Shown here in pieces: positions 24,096-33,120 of a DNA stretch of 36,624 nucleotides. Each line of letters begins with the position of its first letter. Within the stretch, counting starts at the first letter, position 1. A program made the position numbers and the translations under genes. Below the pieces are notes generated by a model, which saw nothing but the letters and a program-made list of their open reading frames with translations, did not search any database and was not told the DNA's origin. Origin of the DNA: Anaerolineae bacterium (GTDB lineage Bacteria > Chloroflexota > Anaerolineae > B4-G1 > SLSP01); contig JBNGDU010000116.1 in assembly GCA_049975025.1 (NCBI GenBank), forward strand, positions 1 through 36,624. Direction: 5' to 3'.

Positions 24096-24104
24096 TTCCA
24101 AATA

Positions 24105-26831
24105 TCAGGCAATCATCTCGCGCAGCAGGTGCGGCACCTGACTGAGCGCGTGCGGCAGCTTGTCGGCGTCGCGACCGCCGGCATGCGCCATATCCGGTCG
24201 CCCGCCGCCACCGCCGCCCACCATCTGAGCGAGTTTTCGTACGAGATTCCCGGCGTGCACGTTGCGTGACTTCGCAAGCTCCTTGGTCGTGGCGGCGATC
24301 AAGAGCGGCTTGCCGTTGGACACAGTGCCCAAGACGATCACGCCGCCCTGCATCTTGTCGCGGAACCAATCGGCCATCTCGCGCAGGGTGTCGGCGTCGG
24401 GCGCGTCGACCTGCGCCGCGAGCACCGGAATCCCCTCGATCTCGGTCACGTCATCCAGCAGCGACCGGAAGTTGGTGCGGGCGAGTTTCCGGTTGAGGCT
24501 TTCGATCTCCCGCTCCGCGTCACGCAGCTCCTCCTGGAGCCGCAGCGCGCGCGCCGGTGCCTCGTCGACGCGTACGCCCAGGATAACTGCCGTTTCCTCC
24601 AGGCGTCCGCGCGTGGTTTGCATCGCCTGTAATGCGCCGCGACCGGTGACGGCCTCCACACGGCGGATGCCGGACCCGATGCCACCCTCGGTGAGCAGCA
24701 CGAAGGCCCCAATGTCGCCCGTCCGATTCACGTGGGTGCCGCCGCAGAGCTCCTGGCTGAAGGGCTCATCTTTCGGCCCTACGCGGAGCACCCGCACGAC
24801 GTCTCCGTACTTCTCCTCGAACAATGCGATCACGCCCTGTTCCAGCGCGTCACGGTACTTCTCCTGGCGTGCGTTCACCTCGTAGTTGGCCAAGATTGCC
24901 TCGGTGACGATGCGCTCGATCTTGGCACGTTGCTCCGCCGTCATCGGAGCGTTATGATTGTAGTCGAACCGCAGACGGTCTGGGGCGACCACGGAGCCGC
25001 CCTGCTGGACGTGGCTGCCCAGTACCTCGCGCAACGCCTTGTGAAGCAGGTGTGTGGCCGTATGGTTACGCATAATGTCCCACCGCCGTTCGGCGTCGAC
25101 CCCCGCGGTGGCGGCTTGTCCCACTTTCGGCGTGCCGCTTGCGACGGTGCCGATATGCACAACCATATCCTCGACCGGGCGTCGGGTGTCGGTGACGCGT
25201 ACTTCCCAATCCGGACCGACGATCCGGCCCGTGTCGGAGACCTGCCCCCCTGATTCCACGTAGAAACACGTGGTCTCCAGCACCATTTCCACGCCGTCGC
25301 CCTCGTGGGCTTCGGTGGCGATCTCATTATCTCGCAGGATCCCTACTACCTTGGTCTCGACCTGCATCTGGCCGTAGGGATCGTACGCCAGCTCCACGTC
25401 GGGTGATTGGGACGTCACCCAATCGTAGAGCACCGGGTAGAGCTGGGCGTGTTCGTCTGCCTCCATCTCAAACTCGCCGCCCGCGCGTCCCCGAGCCCGT
25501 TGCTCCTCACGCGCCTCGTGATAGCCAGCCTCGTCGACCCTGAGACCTGCCTCTTCCACGATATCTCGCGTGACCTCAAAGGGGAGGCCCAGTGTGTCAT
25601 GCAGGAAGAAGGCCTGCTCGCCGGGCAGCACCTGCTCGCCTGCGTCCTTGACCTCAGCTATCGTTTCCTCAAGGCGCGCGAGTCCCTGGTCGAGGGTGCG
25701 CAGGAAGCGCTCCTCCTCGCCAACGATCGTGGCCTTGATGAAGTCAACGCGTGTGGGCAGCTCCGGAAAGACGTGGCCCATCCGCTCAACCACAGTATCC
25801 GCCAGCTCTGCCATAAAGGGTTGTGCAAAGCCCAGGGTGCGTCCGAAGCGCACTGCGCGGCGCAGAATCATACGCAGGACGTATCCGCGACCGTCATTGG
25901 CGGGCATAACGCCGTCGCCGATGAGGAAGGTCACGGCGCGAGTGTGGTCGGCGATCACGCGGTAAGCAGCGATATTGGCCTCACGCTCTTCATCGGTGTG
26001 ACCTGCCATCCGCTGAACTTGCTTTATCAGGGGCCAGAAGAGGTCTGTGCGGTAATTGGAGCTTTTGCCCTCCAGAATGGAGACCAATCGCTCGAAGCCC
26101 AGACCTGTATCAATGTGGCGGGCAGGCAGGGCGTCCAGATCCCCCGTGCTCTGGCGATTGTACTGGATGAAGACGAGGTTCCAGATCTCCGTGAAGCGCG
26201 CACACTCCCCGTTCACCTCGCACACGTGTCCGGGTACGTCCTGCATATCACAGGCATCGGCACCTCGATCGTAATGGATCTCGCTGCACGGCCCGCAGGG
26301 GCCGGTGTCGCCCATCTCCCAGAAGTTGTCTTTCCGACCGAAGGGCAGAACGTGATCGGGCTCGATAGCGGTTTCACTGTGCCAGTGTTTGACGGCCTCC
26401 TCGTCAAGGCCGAGGTCCCCCTCATCGTCCTCAAAGACCGTGGCGTACAGACGCTCCGGCGCCAGGCCGTAGACCCGGGTCAGCAGATCCCAGGCCCAGG
26501 CGATGGCCTCTTTCTTGTAATAGTCACCGAAGGACCAGTTACCGAGCATTTCGAAGAAGGTGTGGTGCGTGGTGTCGCGACCCACGTCCTCGAGGTCATT
26601 GTGTTTGCCGGCGACCCGCATGATCTTCTGCGTATCCACGGCTCTGGTGTAGGGGCGCGTGCCCGTGCCCAGAAAGACATCCTTGAACTGATTCATGCCG
26701 GCGTTGGTGAAGAGCAGGGTGGGGTCGTCCTGAGGAACGAGGCTAGAGCTCGGCACGCGGGTGTGACCGCGTTCCTCAAAGTAGCTCATATATGTCTCTC
26801 GGATCTCGTCGCTGGTCCAACCTTTGCTCAT
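24105..26831 (-). CDS. alaS: Alanine--tRNA ligase
   Basis: The ORF is 24105-26849. I prefer ATG 26831 (MSKGWTSDEIRETYMSYFEERGH) because GAGGAG lies 6 nt upstream. FTNAGMNQFK, the editing-domain HTATHLLH motif and the C-terminal GGGGGGRPDMAHAGG are present. Confidence 0.95.
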   Translation of the reverse strand: MSKGWTSDEIRETYMSYFEERGHTRVPSSSLVPQDDPTLLFTNAGMNQFKDVFLGTGTRPYTRAVDTQKIMRVAGKHNDLEDVGRDTTHHTFFEMLGNWSFGDYYKKEAIAWAWDLLTRVYGLAPERLYATVFEDDEGDLGLDEEAVKHWHSETAIEPDHVLPFGRKDNFWEMGDTGPCGPCSEIHYDRGADACDMQDVPGHVCEVNGECARFTEIWNLVFIQYNRQSTGDLDALPARHIDTGLGFERLVSILEGKSSNYRTDLFWPLIKQVQRMAGHTDEEREANIAAYRVIADHTRAVTFLIGDGVMPANDGRGYVLRMILRRAVRFGRTLGFAQPFMAELADTVVERMGHVFPELPTRVDFIKATIVGEEERFLRTLDQGLARLEETIAEVKDAGEQVLPGEQAFFLHDTLGLPFEVTRDIVEEAGLRVDEAGYHEAREEQRARGRAGGEFEMEADEHAQLYPVLYDWVTSQSPDVELAYDPYGQMQVETKVVGILRDNEIATEAHEGDGVEMVLETTCFYVESGGQVSDTGRIVGPDWEVRVTDTRRPVEDMVVHIGTVASGTPKVGQAATAGVDAERRWDIMRNHTATHLLHKALREVLGSHVQQGGSVVAPDRLRFDYNHNAPMTAEQRAKIERIVTEAILANYEVNARQEKYRDALEQGVIALFEEKYGDVVRVLRVGPKDEPFSQELCGGTHVNRTGDIGAFVLLTEGGIGSGIRRVEAVTGRGALQAMQTTRGRLEETAVILGVRVDEAPARALRLQEELRDAEREIESLNRKLARTNFRSLLDDVTEIEGIPVLAAQVDAPDADTLREMADWFRDKMQGGVIVLGTVSNGKPLLIAATTKELAKSRNVHAGNLVRKLAQMVGGGGGGRPDMAHAGGRDADKLPHALSQVPHLLREMIA

Positions 26832-26909
26832 CGATTCTCCTCGCTCCATACTGAGTGTAACATCTGTGTTGTGCGCCCCGGGGCCAGGCGCGCACGTTGA
26901 GATGCTCGC

Positions 26910-26937
26910 ATTGTACCGAAGATAGGGCTTTAGTCAA
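26910..26937 (-). promoter_or_regulatory. Candidate alaS promoter
   Basis: Minus strand: TTGACT (26937-26932), 16-nt spacer, TACAAT (26915-26910). The ~70-nt leader contains the GC-rich hairpin GTGCGC...GCGCAC (26894-26870). Confidence 0.45.
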
Positions 26938-27009
26938 CGATGGTGGGGCGTGAAGGGCGATGAGCGGAGCGTGATGGCCGGTTCAGTCTTGTGTCGCGCT
27001 CGGTCCAAA

Positions 27010-27081
27010 GGTGACGAGTGACCCCTGACGATCGACGGGTGACGATACGACCCGGATCTCCCACGATGTTCACTCGTCACG
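27010..27081. promoter_or_regulatory. Cluster of GTGACGA-type repeats with an 11-bp perfect inverted repeat; candidate operator region
   Basis: GTGACGAGTGA (27011-27021) and its exact reverse complement TCACTCGTCAC (27070-27080). Further copies: CTGACGA (27025-27031) and GTGACGA (27039-27045). The right arm ends 2 nt before the -35 box of the cNMP-binding gene. Confidence 0.4.
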
Positions 27082-27082
27082 T

Positions 27083-27110
27083 TTGATACCTTGGTGGAAC
27101 GCATTATACT
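27083..27110 (+). promoter_or_regulatory. Candidate promoter of the cNMP-binding protein gene
   Basis: TTGATA (27083-27088), 16-nt spacer, TATACT (27105-27110). Confidence 0.45.
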
Positions 27111-27155
27111 TTTCGTTAGATGAATCGTTGGAATTGAGGCGGGAGAGTATAGAGT

Positions 27156-27728
27156 ATGCGCTCATATTTCGAAGACCAAGTCTCACGCTCTGATCGAGGC
27201 GAGTACGGCTCGTTGTCGCCACTGGTCGGCGTTTTGCGTCAGGTCGACCTCTTCCACAACATACCTCGGAGGAATCTAGTTCAGATCGCTGAGGCCTGTC
27301 GAGAGCAGGTCTACGAACTGGGTGAGATGATCATGGAGGAGAACACGGCGGGCCGTGACCTATTTGTGATCACAGACGGTGCGGTGGAGATCCTGATCGA
27401 TCCGCGCCTCCTGGGGCTCGATTCCTCACAGGCGCAGCCTGTGGTCATCGCTACGCTCTGGCCCGGTCAGACCTTTGGTGAGATTGGACTTGTGGATCAG
27501 GGTATGCGTTCGGCTTCGGCCCGGGCCGCCGCTGAGGAGACGCGGCTCCAAGCTTTGAACCGCGCCTATCTTCTCCAGCTTTGTGAGGAGGATCATCGAT
27601 TCGGCTATCGTCTGATGCGCAATATCGCTGGAGACCTGGCCTTCAAGATTCGCAACACCGATCTCATGTTACGCCAGAGGATTCTGTGGGAGTATCATCC
27701 TGACGAGGTGGAGAATCCCTTCGAATAA
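27156..27728 (+). CDS. Stand-alone cyclic nucleotide-binding (CAP effector-type) domain protein with no DNA-binding domain
   Basis: 190 aa. LFHNIPRRNLVQIAE..., GRDLFVITDGAVEI and GQTFGEIGLVDQGMRSASARA form the phosphate-binding-cassette-like motif. The protein is too short for, and lacks, a C-terminal HTH. Confidence 0.8.
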   Translation: MRSYFEDQVSRSDRGEYGSLSPLVGVLRQVDLFHNIPRRNLVQIAEACREQVYELGEMIMEENTAGRDLFVITDGAVEILIDPRLLGLDSSQAQPVVIATLWPGQTFGEIGLVDQGMRSASARAAAEETRLQALNRAYLLQLCEEDHRFGYRLMRNIAGDLAFKIRNTDLMLRQRILWEYHPDEVENPFE

Positions 27729-27807
27729 CGCGTTGGCAGACCGTCGGTTGGCACCGGTTGGTCGCATTGCCGGAATCACGACTGTTGAGCCGGATGCTGG
27801 CTCCGTT

Positions 27808-27832
27808 AACCCCACTGTGGTGGGGTTTTTGC
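27808..27832 (+). terminator. Rho-independent terminator
   Basis: aaCCCCAC-tgtg-GTGGGG followed by TTTTTG (stem 27810-27815 / 27820-27825, T run 27826-27830). Confidence 0.7.
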
Positions 27833-28004
27833 TTTCTCGAGCACTTCTTCAGATTCCTCCGCTTGAAAGCCGGATGCCTTCGCTGAACCCATCACGAACT
27901 GACCCGCGCCAGAGCGACCGAGTCCTCTTCGTGGACCACTCCACTCGCTGGATTGCGGGCTGTGCCGCCCTGCAACCAACCTCCTATTAACCTATCACCG
28001 ATCC

Positions 28005-28032
28005 TTGGATAGCTCGACGCCGGTGGTATAAT
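28005..28032 (+). promoter_or_regulatory. Candidate strong promoter with extended -10
   Basis: TTGGAT (28005-28010), 16-nt spacer, TGg-TATAAT (28024-28032). It lies 36 nt upstream of GTG 28069. Confidence 0.5.
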
Positions 28033-28068
28033 CTCAGTCGATTACGCATTGAAAGGAATAAAGTTAAA

Positions 28069-28743
28069 GTGGATTTGTTCGATGTCTATCCTGGACTATC
28101 TGGAAAGGAATCTCCGACCATCTCTGGGCGTTCGCTGCGTCTGATCGCGCTGGCTGGCTTTGTGTTCGATGGTAGGCACATGTACTTTGAGCTTGGCGCG
28201 GAGCGCTATTGGGGGCGGCTTCCCAACGGTCGTGTTGCCGTTGGCGTTGGTGCGCCCAGAGTTGAGCCGGATGGCACATTCCCGCCTCACCACGCGCTTG
28301 TGCGCTATCTCCGTTCAGCCTGGCGCTGCAGTGTGGATTTCCTCCCGGCAGGTTACAGTTATCTCCTTGACGAATCATGCCAAGTCGAGGTGCTCCAACA
28401 GGTGGATGCCCATTTTCCATATCTGTTCATCTTCACCCCGCCCCGCCTTGGTGGGGGGGATGAAGTGCCGGATGCGCTCGTTCAGGCCGCCTACCTACTT
28501 CCCGTTCAGGCTTTCCAGGTCGATCGCGCGAAGGTGAACTTGCTGAGGATATCCCGGGAGCACCTTGCGACTTTTTTGGCTAGTGAGGACTGGGAGATGG
28601 CGGAGCTTCTGGGCCATCCTTGGGCGAACGTGCTCTCCAACAACTCTCTGCCTGAGAATGCCCGGATGAGGCCGGTCCTGGCTTTGCGCGGATTACGGCA
28701 TCTGCTGAAGGCAGATGCGTTGCCGGAAGCTCTGAGCTCGTAG
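28069..28743 (+). CDS. Hypothetical protein (224 aa), no family recognised
   Basis: The ORF has a GTG start with AAAGGA 12 nt upstream. It has its own promoter and reads the same way as the downstream genes. I recognise no motif in MDLFDVYPGLSGKES...GRLPNGRVAVGVGAPRVEPDG.... Confidence 0.55.
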   Translation: MDLFDVYPGLSGKESPTISGRSLRLIALAGFVFDGRHMYFELGAERYWGRLPNGRVAVGVGAPRVEPDGTFPPHHALVRYLRSAWRCSVDFLPAGYSYLLDESCQVEVLQQVDAHFPYLFIFTPPRLGGGDEVPDALVQAAYLLPVQAFQVDRAKVNLLRISREHLATFLASEDWEMAELLGHPWANVLSNNSLPENARMRPVLALRGLRHLLKADALPEALSS

Positions 28744-28808
28744 GCAGATGCCACGAGCCGTGTTGTCTTAGGCCGTCTGAAACGAGTCCAGGCGAAAGGG
28801 TATGGACC

Positions 28809-29432
28809 ATGTTTGCTAACCTGATGACGTTGCTGCGCGTGCTTGTGTTGGGCGTCGCTGTCGTTTTTCTGTATCAAGAAGCTCCTATCCTTCACTATAT
28901 ATCGGCCGGGTTGGTCCTCTTTGCGATCTTCACAGACTTCTTGGACGGCCTCATCGCCAGACGGCTGGATCAGACGACTTTGCTTGGCAGTGTGCTGGAC
29001 ATCGCTGCGGATCGCTCGGTCGAGTTCGTGATGTGGGTTGTCTTCGCACATCTTGGCTTGATATCGGTCGTAGTCCCCCTGATCGTGTTGGTGCGTGGGG
29101 TATTTGTAGACGCCTTGAGGTCGATGGCTCCCGCTCAGGGGCTGAAGCCCTTTGACCTTATGAGGTCTGACCTGGGACGCTTCCTCGTGAAATCTCCCTG
29201 GCTTCGCACCCCTTACGCTTTGGTCAAGGCGGCTGCCTTTTTCTTCCTGGCTGTCGAGCGAGGATTGAGCACTGCAGGCCATTCGCTCGCCTCGACGGCT
29301 TCGATCGTGGCGCAGATCCTGACGTGGATTGCCGTGGGCTTCTGTTTGGTGCGGGGCGTACCTGTGTTGATCGAGGGTTCCCGCACCCTGGCAGAGCAGG
29401 ATCGGGAAGGCGAAAGCGTCTCGGAGGGTTAA
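28809..29432 (+). CDS. CDP-alcohol phosphatidyltransferase family protein (PgsA-like)
   Basis: 207 aa and multi-pass hydrophobic. It carries the signature D-x2-D-G-x2-A-R-x8-G-x3-D-x3-D as DFLDGLIARRLDQTTLLGSVLDIAADR. Confidence 0.85.
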   Translation: MFANLMTLLRVLVLGVAVVFLYQEAPILHYISAGLVLFAIFTDFLDGLIARRLDQTTLLGSVLDIAADRSVEFVMWVVFAHLGLISVVVPLIVLVRGVFVDALRSMAPAQGLKPFDLMRSDLGRFLVKSPWLRTPYALVKAAAFFFLAVERGLSTAGHSLASTASIVAQILTWIAVGFCLVRGVPVLIEGSRTLAEQDREGESVSEG

Positions 29433-32400
29433 TGCCGCGACTTAGGAAACTCGAACTCCAGGGATTCAAGTCGTTTGCCGATCCCTCGACCTTCCTCTTC
29501 CCAACGGGCGTCACCGCGGTCGTCGGTCCTAACGGGAGCGGCAAGAGCAACATCGCCGACGCCATTCGATGGGTGTTAGGGGAACAGCGGCTGACATCGA
29601 TCCGCGGCAAGACCGGCGAAGACATGATCTTCGCCGGGAGCAAACGCCGGGCGCGGGCGGGTATGGCCAGAGCCGCTATCACCTTTGACAACAGCGACAG
29701 CTGGTTGCCGGTCGAGTTCGCAGAGATCACGGTGGAGCGACGTACATATCGGGACGGCACGAGCGACTACATCCTCAACGGCAACAAAGTACGCTTGATG
29801 GATCTCCGCGACCTATTAAACAGGGGCGGCCTGGGACGGGATGCTTACCTGGTGATCGGCCAGGGGCTGGTCGATCAGGTGTTGTCACTCCGGCCCCAAG
29901 AGCGGTTGGCGCTCTTTGAGCAGGCGGCCGGGATCACACCGTACCGCAGTCGGCGTGAGGACGCGGTCGAGCGCCTGGAGGAGACCAAGCTAAACCTTCA
30001 GAGAATCTATGATATCGTCGGTGAGATCGAGCCGCGCTTGCGGAGGCTGCATCGACAGGCTGCGAAGGTCGAAGAGCACGACCGTCTACAGCAAGAGCTC
30101 AGCGGAACGTTGCGGATCTGGTACGGGTACCGGTGGGCCCGTAGTCTGGCGATGTTCGAGCAGGTCCGGCAGCGTGTCGCCTACCGGGAGGACAAGGCAC
30201 TAGCCCTGTTGGAGCAGGTTGAGGCTCTGACTGCGAAAGCCGTAGATCAAAGACATCAGATCAACCAAAGACGCGAGCGATTGGCGGAGTTGCACCGTCT
30301 GAGCAGTGCGCAGCACACCGAGGCGGGAAACCGACAGCGGGAACTGGCTGTCGCCCAGGAGCGGCGGCGCCAACTTCAGGATCGGATTGAGGAGAGCGAG
30401 GCCAACCTAGGTCCGCTTCGATCTGCTTTCGCTTCCGCCCAAGAGGAAATGGAAGCGCTGAAGCGGAGAATAGCGGACAACGCGGAGCGTCTGGCGAAGA
30501 CTCGGACGCATCTGGCGGAGGCCGAGTCGGCTCAAAAGGCCTTGGCACAACAACGCCATGAGGTGCTCCGACGCCAGACTGAGCGTGAGGGCCAAGCCTT
30601 GGAGCTACGCCACCGCCTCGCGGACCGACAGAGCCGCCTGGATCAGGCTCAGTCTCAGCTCGAAGAAGTCACCGATCAGATTCACCACCTAGAGGATGCC
30701 ATTGCGTCGAACACCGAGGTTCGCAGGCAGCAACAGCGTGAGGTTGAGTTCGCCCGAAGGCGGTTGGACGCGGTGCAGGAGAGGCTTCAGGCCGCTCAAC
30801 AGGAGGAAGAAGACGCGAATACAGCGCTGGAGGCTGCGCGCAGCGAGCTTGGCGAGCTAGAGCGGATGGTGGGGCGTAAGGAAGCGGATCACCAGCGCGT
30901 GTCCGCTCGCCTGGAAGCATTAGACCGCCTGCACGCTGAGGGTGCCGGCATGTATGCCGGTGTCCGCGCTGTGTTGCAGGCCGTCCAGGACGGTGAGCTT
31001 GAGGGGCTCCCCGGTCCGATCTCAACGCTGGTGCGGGTCCCAGAGCAGCTGGAGCGGGCTGTCGAGGCCGCGCTGGGGTCGCAGATACAGAACGTCGTGG
31101 CTGCGTCCTGGGAGGACGCCCAGGCAGCCATCCACTGGTTGAAGCGTAAGCGGGCCGGTCGTGCTACTTTCCTGCCACTTGACAGCCTCCGCCCACCCTC
31201 CCTGTTGAACCCGCCTTCGGTTCCCGGTATTGTCGGCGTGGCCTCCGAATTGATCAGTTATGACGATGTGTACCAACCTGCCGTACAGCTGCTCCTCGGG
31301 CGGACCGCCGTCGCCGAGAGTCTCGTCGCCGCTCGCCGGCTCTATGAGAAGCTCCACGGAGGCTTCCGGATCGTCACGCTTGAGGGTGAGATCGTGCGCT
31401 CGGGCGGATCTGTCACCGGGGGAGATGATCGAAACGGTCGGGGGGCGGGGCTTTTGGAGCGCGAACGCGAGCGGCGCGAACTTCGCCGTGAAGCCGGAGC
31501 GCTGCGTGAGGAAGTGCAGGCGTTCTCCCATCAGCGGTCTGAGCTCACGGCACGGGTGCAGTCGCTTGAGGTGCAACGCGTGGCGGCGCGGTCCCGACGA
31601 CAGGAGGTGGTCGTGAAGCACCAAGACGCGGAGCGTGAGGTGGAGCAAGCGGTCCGTGAGCTCGAGCGCACGCTCCAGGAAGGGGAATGGCAGCAGAGCC
31701 GGCTGGAGGCCGCCGGTGAATCACGCCGGGGTCTTGGGGAGCTAATCGATCGATTGCACGATGAGGCGGTTGCAGCTCAACAGCGATTAACGACTCTGTC
31801 ATCCCAGCTGTCTGAGCTGAAAACCGAACTGAACCGGCTAACGGATGATCAGAGCGCTCGTCTCGTCGCCGAACGGCGCACCGAGGTCGCGGTCTTGGCC
31901 CAGGAGCACGAAAGCCTCGAGGTGCTTCTTGAGAGTCAGCAGCGCGAGGCCACGCGGATCGAACGACAGGTCAAGGGACAGGAGCATCGCATCAGGTCGC
32001 TTACGGGCGAGCTCCGGGTGTTGGAGGAGGATCTCGAGGCGATGGCTAAGGCCTACGAGAAGGCTCAGGCTGAGGCCGAGGCGCTTTCGGGAGAAATACC
32101 GCCTCTGGAGGCTGAACTCGCGGAGATGGAGCAGAACCTGGATGATCTCGAGGCTCGAGAGCAAGAGGGACAGCGCGCGCTACGCGAGGCGGAGCAGCTT
32201 CTTTCACAGGCTGAGGTCGAGGCGGGGCGCCGCGAGGACCAGCTCCAGTCGCTGCGTCGCGAGATCGAGGAGACCCTGGGCATCGTCGTGGACAACATTC
32301 CCGACACGATATCGGTGCAGCAACCGCTGCCGCTGGAGGCGATCGTGGCTCCGTTGCCGACGGTGGTTGAGTTGCCTGAGGGCCTGGAGAGCCAGATCCG

Positions 32401-33040
32401 CGATCTGAGGACGCAGATTCGACGCCTTCAGCCCATCAATCCGGGTGCCAGGGAGGAATATGAGGAACTTGCCGAACGCCACGGGTTCCTGCGCGAGCAG
32501 ATGGAGGACCTGGAGCGCGCCTCAACTCATCTGAGACAGATCATCAACGAGCTTGACGAGATGATGGACACGATGTTCAGCACGACCTTTGACTCCATCG
32601 CAGCGGAGTTCTCGCGCGTGTTCGACATGCTCTTCAATGGGGGAGCGGCGAGCCTGAATCTGGTGGAGGAGGAGGGAGATCGAATCGGCGTGGAGATCAC
32701 GGCGCGGCCGCCGGGCAAACGCACGTCGGGACTGAGCATGTTGTCTGGTGGTGAGCGCAGTCTAACGGCAGTGGCGCTCCTCTTCGCGGTGATGCGGGTA
32801 AGTCCCACGCCATTCTGCGTGCTCGATGAGGTCGACGCCATGTTGGATGAGGCCAACGTCGGTCGCTTCCGTCGGATGCTCGTCGAGCTCTCACGCGAAA
32901 CCCAATTCGTCATCATCACCCACAACCGCGGCACGGTGGATGTCGCAGACACCATCTATGGCATTTCAATGGGAGATGACGGTGTGTCCCAGAAGCTCTC
33001 GCTGAGCTTGGAGGATCTGCCGGCATCTGAGGCCGTCTGA
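29432..33040 (+). CDS. smc: Chromosome segregation protein SMC
   Basis: The ORF is 29324-33040. True start is ATG 29432 (MPRLRKLELQGFKSFAD), overlapping the upstream TAA as TAATG, with GGAGGG 2 nt upstream. Walker A GPNGSGKSN, long coiled coils, a hinge, signature LSGGERS and Walker B CVLDEVDAMLD are present. Confidence 0.95.
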   Translation: MPRLRKLELQGFKSFADPSTFLFPTGVTAVVGPNGSGKSNIADAIRWVLGEQRLTSIRGKTGEDMIFAGSKRRARAGMARAAITFDNSDSWLPVEFAEITVERRTYRDGTSDYILNGNKVRLMDLRDLLNRGGLGRDAYLVIGQGLVDQVLSLRPQERLALFEQAAGITPYRSRREDAVERLEETKLNLQRIYDIVGEIEPRLRRLHRQAAKVEEHDRLQQELSGTLRIWYGYRWARSLAMFEQVRQRVAYREDKALALLEQVEALTAKAVDQRHQINQRRERLAELHRLSSAQHTEAGNRQRELAVAQERRRQLQDRIEESEANLGPLRSAFASAQEEMEALKRRIADNAERLAKTRTHLAEAESAQKALAQQRHEVLRRQTEREGQALELRHRLADRQSRLDQAQSQLEEVTDQIHHLEDAIASNTEVRRQQQREVEFARRRLDAVQERLQAAQQEEEDANTALEAARSELGELERMVGRKEADHQRVSARLEALDRLHAEGAGMYAGVRAVLQAVQDGELEGLPGPISTLVRVPEQLERAVEAALGSQIQNVVAASWEDAQAAIHWLKRKRAGRATFLPLDSLRPPSLLNPPSVPGIVGVASELISYDDVYQPAVQLLLGRTAVAESLVAARRLYEKLHGGFRIVTLEGEIVRSGGSVTGGDDRNGRGAGLLERERERRELRREAGALREEVQAFSHQRSELTARVQSLEVQRVAARSRRQEVVVKHQDAEREVEQAVRELERTLQEGEWQQSRLEAAGESRRGLGELIDRLHDEAVAAQQRLTTLSSQLSELKTELNRLTDDQSARLVAERRTEVAVLAQEHESLEVLLESQQREATRIERQVKGQEHRIRSLTGELRVLEEDLEAMAKAYEKAQAEAEALSGEIPPLEAELAEMEQNLDDLEAREQEGQRALREAEQLLSQAEVEAGRREDQLQSLRREIEETLGIVVDNIPDTISVQQPLPLEAIVAPLPTVVELPEGLESQIRDLRTQIRRLQPINPGAREEYEELAERHGFLREQMEDLERASTHLRQIINELDEMMDTMFSTTFDSIAAEFSRVFDMLFNGGAASLNLVEEEGDRIGVEITARPPGKRTSGLSMLSGGERSLTAVALLFAVMRVSPTPFCVLDEVDAMLDEANVGRFRRMLVELSRETQFVIITHNRGTVDVADTIYGISMGDDGVSQKLSLSLEDLPASEAV

Positions 33041-33120
33041 CCTTGGCAGCTCTTTCAAACTGGGAGCCCTGCCGCTGCTGTTCTGAGGTAGGTCTGCCGT
33101 GAGGCTCGAGAGACTGGGAT

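Noticed and set aside
25407-26900. 497-aa + strand ORF
   Set aside because: It is antisense to alaS and has no motifs. This is the same GC-driven artefact.
28506-29282. 258-aa minus-strand ORF
   Set aside because: It overlaps, in antisense, both the 224-aa orphan and the CDP-alcohol phosphatidyltransferase gene, and the latter carries the full family signature. Nothing supports the antisense frame.
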